A program made the position numbers and the translations under genes. Of a DNA stretch of 64,000 bases, positions 1 through 10,600 are shown one piece after another. Source of the DNA: Fimbriosthenelais zetlandica (taxonomy: Eukaryota). Under the pieces are notes generated by a model. That model worked only from the letters and a program-made list of their open reading frames with translations, was not told the origin of the DNA and searched no databases. Each line of letters opens with the position of its first letter. Within the stretch, counting starts at the first letter, position 1. Location of the stretch: the NCBI GenBank assembly GCA_977030845.1, contig OZ365109.1:52576001-52640000 (forward strand). The letters are read 5' to 3'.

Positions 1-89
1 TCTCATGTAATTTTAAATCCTCTCTAAGCTTTCTTTTCGGGGTTTGCTGTAATGATTGTCATACCGCTGGTGGTATATTTGCCATATTG

Positions 90-330
90 TATGTGAGCCT
101 ATGTCTTCTTTCTAAATTCAAAAATAATACTTTATGCATGGAATTTATTAAGGCGATTGGTGAGTACAATCCTGAGGCTATACGCTCTGCAGCTCATGTA
201 TAGGGTTTCAACATTAATCGGGAATTAATTCCTGCAAAAACTTGCCTCTTACTTCCGATAAATCTTGTTTGGGGAGGAACCCTTAACATCATTATGCACT
301 GGATTTCAATTGAGAATTGCCGCAATATCT
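90..330 (-). mobile_element. Possible decayed I/Nimb-type non-LTR relic (post-RT region); may extend to about 1800
   Basis: LKPYT*AAERIASGLYSPIALINSMHKVLFLNLERRHRL resembles the L..I...ALRIA.GAFRTSP.....E....PL..RR..L segment of I-group elements. Confidence 0.3.
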
Positions 331-3300
331 AACGCTAACAGTTGTGTGGATTGTTTGTCGCTGGGACAGGTGTATAAATCAATACTAAACAGATCCATTT
401 ACATTTATTTGGCCTTTGGCTAATATTGGGCGCGCCCGCCTGGCTTAATTTTAGAGTTTGGGATTGTCAAAAGGTAAGTTGTCAAATGGTTGGTGTCACT
501 GGATTAAAATTGTTGTAATTGTTGAAGCGGTTGAGCATGGTCCTATACAGAATAGTTGCATTCTGTTCCCTTTTTCACTGATCATTGGATATGGTCAATG
601 AATTATATGTACGGTTAAGTTAAGAGTATCATGTGGGTACAGGCTAATGAGAGAGGTTAGTCCCATTAATTTAAGTCACTTTGGAGTGAATGGTTCCCAA
701 CCATGAACATGACAGAGAAAGACAATTCTGATGTTTATGTTCCAAAAGAAATGTTACAGAAAAGTATTTTTAGACCTGAAAGATATTTATTCATAAATAT
801 CAAAATGTTAAAATTAAATAAGCTTGGAAATATTGGCTATGTGGATCTCTTAATTAAAATTGCAGGGTTTGATGGGAATGGGCTGCGACGGATTTTTTTT
901 GGTCATAATTATACTAAAGTAATTTGTTGTGGGGTTAAAATTAGGACGATTGAAAAAATATATGCGTGAAAAATGATTGTCTTACACTTTCAGAAGAGTC
1001 TATATATTTTTTTTTCTATATCTGAAAGTCTGAGTTCTGTTTGAATAATTATGTAGTTTCTCTGATTCATCAAATTGTCACTACCATAGTTTCTAAGCTA
1101 TTACTGCGGTTTGTGTTTATATGTAGACCTGCCTGGTTGTCCTCGGTTTCTGATCATACATGTATATTTAACAGGCATATTTGTGATATGTATTCTTTTG
1201 CTTTCGCCCAATCATTTCGCCATTATCCTTCAATCATTGTCTATAAAAGATGATCTGTTGTTCTGCAGTGACACGTGTACGATGGGATTATGTAAATCAG
1301 AAATAGGCCACCATTAATTATAGTTCGCGCGGAGTGACCACAGATTGAGTGTTTTCATTTGCTTTCATTTATTCAGGAAAATGATGCCTATACCCCTCTT
1401 TGGTCAGAAAAAATGGTATTATCTCTCAAGTTGTCTAATATCATTCCGTTTCTTATATTTTGGCGGGGGTTCCCTTTTGTGATGATTTTATTCTCATCAT
1501 GCTATAATTCTTTCGATATTTATCTAAATCATACACTTTTTCTTCGGTAAGTTTTTGAGATAAAGTTTTCAATATTAGCGTATGCAGGGTCGGAAGCTCT
1601 GACAACTAAATTCTATTTCTTCTGTTATTGTTCTTTTGTTATTTTTCGTCAATAATGAAATTGATGATGTGTGGGATCTAGGTTTAACCGCGCCTACTGA
1701 GATCTGATCAGATTGGAGGTCTCTTTTGGTTGGAATCTGGTGAAGGATCCTTTCTATTATATAATTAACAGGTATCTTTGAAATGTGACTTTAATATATA
1801 AAGATCTCGGGTTATTGAAAACAAAAACATACAAGTGGTCAGTGGGAATAGAGTTGTTGTAGTGCAGGGAGCGAGACTATCCGTAATACTAAACTGCTTC
1901 ATTAATATAATATGTCAGTACGGCGGGTATACTAGGTATTAGCCTGCATGTATTCACTTGGGTTTGGTGATGTATATTATTATTATTATTAACAAAAAGC
2001 TAAGGGAACATAAATTTATTCACTGTGAGAGTCCCCCTTCAGCAATGTGGGGAAAGAAAATCTCCACTTATACAATGGGGGAATCTATTTTCATGATGTA
2101 CAGAAAACATTGTTGATTGTATGAAAATTTCTCTTGACTATTATTGGAGATCACTTCACGATATTAAACAAACGGTAGAAAAATATCTTTTGTCTTATGT
2201 TTCTTATCTTAATCTGACTGAAATTCAGTCATTATTCCCGTGTTCTAAGAAAAGTCACAGTTGAGGTGGGCTTCACATCGAAATTACTATCTTTATCTTT
2301 ATGTATTTATAATACCTACAGATATAACATACATGTGTATGTCTATGCCATTACGAGGATTTAGGGTACCGTGCGTCGTGGTAATCCCGTTATATGGTAA
2401 TGACTTATACATGCATGTTTTGGAGGTAAAGGTTGACTAAGAATGACCACATGTGATTTAGGCCGCTACTACGCCCCCCTCCCTCCCTCTAGTGGTACGG
2501 TGATGAGTGTGGGAGGCGTGGTGGTGTTTACACATTATATACACACACAGGTTATCTGTAGATTTTTACCTAGATGGTCTCACTGTTTTCAGATGCCATC
2601 AAGGTGACGGCTAATTTTCTGGTAGTTCGATGCAGTTATGACTTATAGCTTACTGGTCATGTTAACGGTGATTGTCATCTCTATGACGTGAGAAAATAGT
2701 CTAGGTTACAGTGCCTGACAGTAGGCCTAGCCTGAATAGGCCTATAATCATCTCTGTACATTTGCCATTCTGAACCAACTCCACCGATCTATCAAACGCT
2801 TTTCATATCTTCATGGCGTTAGGGTTCCTCGAAATCCATAACAAATGTCAATTAGATTATAAATACATGTACATGCGGCATATATGACGAAGATCGAGGC
2901 AAAGATTGGTCCACACTCCACATTATAACCTAAATCCAAAGGACACACACACTCCAGATTTTCGATGATGTACTTATTAAGCCTGGAATAACTACAAAAT
3001 CCAGCACGCATTTATTTAACTCATAATATTCAAAGCATTGTTTGTGCAATCCAAATCTTTAAATCCCTGGATTCTATATTTTATCCATTATTTCCAGGTG
3101 CTGAGGCTGTATGATAATGTCCAAGATATGGCAATGCTGACCACCACGACGCACTACCAGCGGAGGACATGTATTCCCTCCTTCTCCTTCTAATCATCTT
3201 TATATCTCTTTATGGACTCTTCTCTCCGCCGTGTCTGGATAATAAAATAATCCTTGGATGTAGCCTAACGTATCTCCTCTTTCCACCTTGTACACTCAAA

Positions 3301-3920
3301 CGCTCGGGATTAAATAAAAACAACAAAGCTATTTTGGTTTCATGCTTCATTGCGCAGCTACCTGGGTCAGGCGCTCGCATACTTCCGCCTCTCACGACTG
3401 GAATCAAGCTAAACATGAAATAGAGGAGGGTGTCATTTTTCGTCGGACAAGGACTTGCACAATCTGTGTCACGACTCTGATTTCGAAAAGCGTTAATATC
3501 TCGGCAACCACTGGGTCTTTTTAAAAAATGAAAAATCTTAGTTGGGAAATTGTCTAGTGGGTGGTATACGATATAAATGCTGAAACAGCTTCTAAAAATT
3601 TCGATTTTCAAAATGTAGCTAATTTTCAAATGTTCCCGACCATGGCCCGGTTTTCAATCCAAGGCTCTGATCAATATAAGTTGAATAGCCGACACAGTTA
3701 AGGTGTTAAGGTGTTGGGGCCTATGGGCAATACCTACACAGTGGGTTATTCCATACGATTTTGGCCGGTTAGACCTTTCAAATCGGGCTGGGGATTTTGC
3801 GGGAGTTTGTAGAACTGTTAAGGGTAGACATGGGAGTCGGGGGTGGAATTTTTGGGGCGGTGAGAGCAAAATAATGATAAACAGGCCATATTGTCTCTGC
3901 AACTCAAGACCAAAAACTTT

Positions 3921-3990
3921 ACATGGCAGGGAATCGAACCCCTATTTCTCACGTTCGAGGCCAGTGTATTACCTCTAGACCACCTGGCAC
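3921..3990 (-). pseudogene. tRNA-derived element (SINE head or tRNA pseudogene)
   Basis: Minus strand GTGCCAGGTGGTCTAGAGGTAATACACTGGCCTCGAACGTGAGAAATAGGGGTTCGATTCCCTGCCATG has an A-box-like TGGTCTAGAGG and a B-box GGTTCGATTCC at tRNA spacing, but poor acceptor and anticodon stems. Confidence 0.6.
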
Positions 3991-4034
3991 ACTGTCCGGT
4001 CACTACACTACACCCCCTCAAATCTTGCCGGACT

Positions 4035-4096
4035 TTGCATTGTAGTCAATGGACGATCGTTGCATTTTAGTCTATGGACGATCGTTGCATTGTAGT
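4035..4096. repeat. 25-bp tandem repeat x2.5
   Basis: TTGCATTGTAGTCAATGGACGATCG / TTGCATTTTAGTCTATGGACGATCG / TTGCATTGTAGT. Confidence 0.9.
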
Positions 4097-5462
4097 ATTG
4101 CCTGGCGTTGAATATAAGGAAATAGTTGAAGGGTTGTGGGTCGTGAGGCAATGTAGGTGGTGGGGGGACGGTGATCACACAAAAACCAAAATTAAAAGCC
4201 CGCCCCCACCTATTACGACAGCTTCCGACAGTCATCCCGATAGAAACCTTCCCGACAAGAAAACCTATCGGGAATCTTTCACGATTAATCCACGAATACG
4301 ACAAGATTCGCCGCGATAAGAATACTTGAGTGAACGTATCGGGTGCTCTTTACTAACTAGGGCCTACTGACAGCGCGTAGGATATAGGCCTACAATATTA
4401 TCTGAATGCCGAGCACTCTTCATTTACACGAGTAAACAATGTACATATATTTAGCCTATACACCACAAACATCTAGACGAGCGCTCGTCCCTATGACAGA
4501 CTGTACCCCTCCTCCTACTACCCGCGTGAGGGTCGATTCCTCAGTCGAGGGGGGAAGTGACTCAAATTGAGTTATTTTTTTTCTTCTAAAGTTCTTTAAA
4601 TAAAATCAAAGAATCAAAGACTTGCGCAAGTCTACACAAACATCAGGCGCCCGCCTTTTCTTAAAATTCACTTACTTACAATAATTTTAAAACGGCATAA
4701 CGAGTAGGTTACAAACAATTAGGCCTATATCGAGCGCTCTTCAAAGGGATTGATGTCTTCATAATGTAATTTTCCAAGGTGTCCAACTTTCCACTCCAAA
4801 GCCAAGCAAGGCTCAAGTGAAAGCTAAATTGCCAGCACAGTGGCGCCCTCAGGTGGTGGGTGAAGATGGGCGTATATCGCGGGCTTGGTGGGAAAGCCAA
4901 GAGCACCCGTTGCCACTTGGTCAAGCAATCCCTGTAGGTATCGATCATAGACGACACCTGGTGTCGGGATTTGGATCGATCCTCTCACAATGAAAGACAC
5001 CTCTTGTTATCAGTCCCAGATCAAACCGAATCCCAGCCCCAAACAATGCATTGGATTTGCCTTCTGTGTACTGCCCATAGTTTGAATGCTTAAAATTATT
5101 TGCCCCACCTGCCTTACCCAGACCACAAACCTTCACCCCCAGATCGGCATCTTCCGCTCCTATGTGTTGTAGTCCATTTTCAGTACGTCATATACACAGA
5201 TACACCTACCAATAAAAGTTTAGATCCCTTTTGAAACCGGTCTAAACTTTTGGTAGGTGGCTTAGGTCTAAATACTAAATTATGGGACCCCAATAATTAA
5301 TTATTATTAAATTAAAGAGAGTTTGCTGCTCAAATTATGGAAAGACATTTCATCCAGTATAATTGTTAACGTCGCAGATATTAGATAGAGAATATAATCG
5401 TCAGATGCAAAGAAATTTAATGATAAACGAAGTATACAACACACGTCGTTTTTCAATTGAGT

Positions 5463-7438
5463 TTTATTATAATATCAATTAACCCTAACCGCGACCACAG
5501 CCCACCTGTGGACCACATCTTAATATAATATAACTACAGAAAAATGTGCATCTACAGCTTTTATACACAGCAAAATATATGTATACGTTTTATACGTTCA
5601 AATTAACATACTTTCTCCCAGGGAGTCATATCAAATATTCAATTCTGAATAACACATGGCATTGTTTGACGATACATAGCAACACCTACACAAATCTATA
5701 AACGTAATGTACATAATATATTTATATCAGCATTGCACGATTAATGACTAATTTACAAAGCATTTATTTTTAAAAGTTACAATCTACATCCACAAGAATC
5801 AAAGTGTACTGAAAGTATACGCTGGTAAAATATCTGTGAATGCGGGTCAGTGTTGAGTATATTTAAGGCGAAAGTAAGGCGAGAATGTAACGAACTTAAC
5901 AATCAATTAATAAATGAGGTATGATTAACATTCCTCAGTCGTTAAACTAGTATATGGTACCGCTATGTACAAAACAAGACAATTGGTTCCATTGCATAAC
6001 CATAGGTTAAAGCAATGTTATGTAATGACCTTCATGTTAAAACCACAATACGTATTCTTTTAGCGAATCGGGCATGTCAGTCCTATACGTTATATAGACT
6101 CATTTTTCATACTGTGAAGGTGTCACATTTTTACCAGAAATTAATCTTCATTCAAAATGTAAAATCGGTACTAATTTCAGATGAACCTCAGTAACTATAG
6201 TGTATCTGTACCAATTAAAATTTGCCCTTTCACATACATGAAAAATGTATGTTTTGAATGCACTTTAGCACCATCTCAGTACGTATTCTGAAACTCTGAC
6301 TCTTAACTAGATAATGGCATAAGCGCAGTTTTTTAAACTTAGGCCATGTCAACAGATTAGCCTGAAGCCATATAGAAATGTGAGGATAACAATTCATTGA
6401 CAGGAAGGGGCGATGTATACGACACCTCTATATATGTCATCGATCTATATACACGAGATAAATACTCAGCTTTAGATAGTGGCGGGATCATTATAAAAAT
6501 GCTTACACATCTTCATTAAAACTAATCCCAAAACTATTTTCATATCAAACTATTCATCACAAGTTAAATTTATGCGATTATTGACGGGAGAAATAGAAAA
6601 TGAATTAGTTAATGACGAAAATATGCTTAAACAATGTCAAGTTTAACATTTCTTAATCAGTTCATAAAGAGAATATATATGCTTGAATGTGAAATTTACT
6701 TTCCCGATTTCTATATTTGTTTTGATTTTCATTCAAAATGCATCGGAGCATATTGAACCTATAAGCAATAAAACAGAACAATAATCTTGATAACATTAAG
6801 TACATCAGTCATTATGATGAGACTTAGTCAAATTTATAGTCCAACCTTTTAAAATAAAAAATTCCATTGATAATTAAGCGGACGAGTAAGATCCAAATGA
6901 TCAGACATATTGCAGAATGTAAGGTCTCACTGCGAGTGAGGTGCGTACAAAGAAGCAGTTGTTATATTATTTACAATGAGGAGACTCGGAAACACATATG
7001 ACGAGTCCCTATCACTTCTCCGCATAACTGACTCAAACGAAATCTATAATCTGACCCTTCTCCATCCAGCGGAGAATGCCCAAACTTGGTACAAATAGTA
7101 TCTCATCAATTATTAAAATAAAGAATATTTACTTATCGTAAATCCAACTTTAAGACATCCTAAATGAAAATAATGTTAAATAACACGAACCAAATGTGAT
7201 ATTTAATTTAAAGTACAATCTTTTAGGATGTATTTAATAAGCGCCGCTGCTATGCATGTAAAATTCATATTTCAAGATTTTCGGCAATATGATAGCCTCA
7301 TACCGCAATTTACACAAGTTCTCTTCCTATTAAAAATATCACAAAGTATTAATTATCAACAGTTAATTAGTATGACAGGAGACTCTGGCTAATCCATAAT
7401 TATCTCAAGTAAGCTTAAGCTGAAGAAATACTTTTATT
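5463..7438 (-). promoter_or_regulatory. Candidate polyadenylation signals / 3' UTR of the PDZ gene
   Basis: Minus-strand AATAAA at 7438-7433, 5768-5763 and 5468-5463. The distal one is followed by a GU-rich stretch (gtgtgttgt); the intervening sequence is AT-rich with no ORFs. Confidence 0.4.
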
Positions 7439-7522
7439 TCAACAGATTTTTCTGTCACTTTGACGAAAATCTATTGATTCGTATGACTCTTTCTCTCAGT
7501 CCTTCCTCTCTATGGTCTCTAT

Positions 7523-7677
7523 TTACACCTTCCGATTTATGATGAGTTTGATGGAGCCCTCAGGGAGCGATTTGAGATAGCTCCAGGCAGTGAAGTGGGA
7601 CAGGTCTGAGAAGTCTTGAGCGTTGGCTTTCACTATGATATCACCGGGTTTTAGCTTCCCGTGGGCTGCGGCATCTC
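7523..7677 (-). CDS. PDZD2/IL16: Last coding exon (155 bp to stop): second half of PDZ-D
   Basis: Not in the ORF track (too short). Acceptor tgtttttatag|GAGAT. Reads (G)DAAAHGKLKPGDIIVKANAQDFSDLSHFTAWSYLKSLPEGSIKLIINRKV* with TAA at 7525-7523. Confidence 0.92.
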
Positions 7678-10600
7678 CTATAAAAACAATCAATTGAACA
7701 GATTAAAATTTGGCCAAATTTACTTCTCTTAGCATTGAAGCATTGAAAGTAGCATTGGAATAAACAAAAATGTAATTATAAGAAGGACAAAGGCACTGTC
7801 ATATCATGGCACTGTAATGATCATAATGAGCACACTAATTCGATCTTTCCGGCTCCATCCAATAGCTGCCCGAAACTATACATTTCTATGCACACCAAAT
7901 GATTGTACTTGTACGTAATTTGAACAGACCTATGGCTATAACCACTGACAAAGTTTCAATCATTGGATGCCATTAAAATTGTGGGTTCGGATGGCGTCGG
8001 TTTGGAGAATGGGATTAGTGTGTCTGAGGCTATACACTGATTTAAGTTAGCTCATTCACATGAAAGAAATAATTACCTTTGAATAATCGTTTAACAGTGA
8101 TAGGTCGATCTCCAAGTGGTGAACCTTTGCCGCCTTCCACGCAGAAGCCAAGACCCACGGCACCCTTGTTCAACTCCACCTCTAGAACTTCCCTCGGTCC
8201 TTCATCAGTTCGGGATGAGCTGCCGTTAGTCTGACTGACGACCACTGGCGGCGCCACTGTGCTAGTTCCCACTGTGAGCCGGTGGTAAGGCTTGGCGCTG
8301 TAAGCTGAGAGATATTTACTGTAAGGTTTAGCCGGCTTTGCGTTTACAGGAGGTTCAGTGTTAGTGTTATTTTCTGTGAGGGAAACAGTTTTCTCTTCAT
8401 CCGTTTGAGACTTAATTTCTATATCAGTTGAGGAGGCCGGAGTTGGTTCCTCCGTCTCTTCATCCGGTTTTAATGTGAGAGTGCTGGGTGGGGTGGCGCC
8501 ACTGTCGACCTCGTCCCCTAGTGGTGAAATTGGTGAATTATGTGGCGCGGTGGATTCAGGTGGAGAGTCAGGGTTAGGTGTGTGCACGTCTGGAACAAAA
8601 AGGTTAATTAATCTCAGTGCATTGTGGCGAATGTGTTAGTTTTGTTAAATGTTGAAAAAAGGCCAAGAATCACGATTACTGTCTTGGCCAGAACATGAAG
8701 TACCATTTTTATGTGACTAGATTTCTATCAACTTGGTTGAGTGAAGGTTAGTCTGTGATTATTGAAAGTGAACAGTTACATCCCTCTATTCAGAGTATTT
8801 GTACCTATTACCCACATATACATGTACATTTATTTCACATTTATGTACATTGGAATTTTTTACAATTTGAACATTTTTTAACGATTTGAATGCATAAAAG
8901 AAAATTAATTAATAAAAATTGCTATATGGAAAGTTTCAACACTGTCATGGTAGGACTTATGAAGAGATTCCTGGCGAACTAACCACGAATATAACCCTCA
9001 GGAATAAAAGAAATGTGTCACTATTTTTCAATCCTTGACAATTGCAATGTGTATTCAGACTGAGCACAATGCATGAAATAATGTGCACAGCAGCTTCGGT
9101 ACGTGTGTTAGATCAAAGATATGTTAAGCATATCACAGATTAAGTATGATGCCAGGGTGTGTTCAATGTGCGTTAAATTCAACAGTTAATAATGTTACAG
9201 TTTGAACGAATATTACAGCATGCATTTAGCAATAATGGTGGGATAGTTTAAAAAAAATCATTTTCCATCGTTTTAAATCTTGCTTTTTCTATTAACATTC
9301 CATGCAACTTGCATGCTGTGTAATTTGGAATTATCTTAAAACTCTTGATATGTTTGAGTGATTTAGAATCAATGTCTATAGCAATTAATTAATCATTTCG
9401 TGAAGCGAAAACTAAGGAATTTTCTCATGCTTGGCATCATTTATACACAAATTGGTGAGAGTATAGGCATTGCAAAGTAAACCAGATCATGTTTTCGCAA
9501 CCATAAACATTCAGTAATCAATATCTATATTAAATGTAATGTGTGCATGCGATTTTTCTTTACCTATAATATTACACAAAAATTTCTTTGGATCGCCTCT
9601 TGGCTACTGTAAGAGAAAGCACATATACAAATATTGGAAACACTTGACAAGGGTCATAACTGCTCTCCAATGGAATCTGATCAAGGATTATCTTCATTAT
9701 TAAAATCACTATAAAACTTACCTTTTTCCACCTTGACAGCCTCTGTTTTTGTCGTGTCAATACCAGAATCAGCATCTGAAGGTGTAGGAGAGGGAGAGAC
9801 CATGGTAACATCAGGACTGCTGAGGATGGAACCTCGACCTTCAGACATATCTTCAAGGTCGAGTTGACGGATTTTGACGCCAGCAGCAGATGGGGGTAAG
9901 CTGGCAGGTACAGGAGGCACATCATCATGGCTTGTTTCTTCACTCACGTGTTCTGCCTTGCTTTCTTGTTCAGCTGTACCATTCTCAGAGTCTTGGAATT
10001 CAGCTGGTATCTCTGGTACTTCCTCAGGTGACATCTCCTGTTGCTCAGTTAATTCTGAGTCATCAACCACAAGAGGCGTTTCAGAACTACTGCTGGTTAT
10101 GAGAGTCAAAGTTTCCGTTTCTTTGATCATATATTCCTCCACACGATCCATGCTCACATCTACTGAAGAGATGGGTAAAGATGGGGGAGGTTCTGTGGGT
10201 GGGAGAGATGGTGGGGGAACATCGGGTAGTTCTGGAGCATCTTCTACGTCATCTTTGTCATCTTCATCCACTTCTAGTTCAGAATGTGATGTAAAAGCTA
10301 CTGGGGAGGTGACCTCAATGACAGTAGAGGCATCACTGTCTTCCAGCAATCCACTGTCAACTTCAGGCTGAAGATGAGTGACAGGCTCTTCCTGCGTCTT
10401 CAATGGAAGGCTCTCTGTCACTGCTTGCTCTACTTGTATAAGCTTTTCTTCTTGGACTTCTTCTTCCATCACACTGCCTTCAGAAACATCGTCATATTGT
10501 GTTGGGGGAGCCACTAGTTCATCAGCCACCTCCTCTACTGGCTTTACTTCAACGCTGTCCTCTTGCAAAACAATATTTACGATCTCTTCTTCCTGGACCG

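Noticed and set aside
3096-3629. Plus-strand acceptor at about 3096 with short frames (VLRLYDNVQDMAML...; LRSYLGQALAYFRL) and overlapping 60-139 aa ORFs
   Set aside because: No consistent exon chain or family could be built.
3921-3990. Functional tRNA gene
   Set aside because: A and B boxes are present but the acceptor and anticodon stems do not pair properly; kept only as a tRNA-derived relic.
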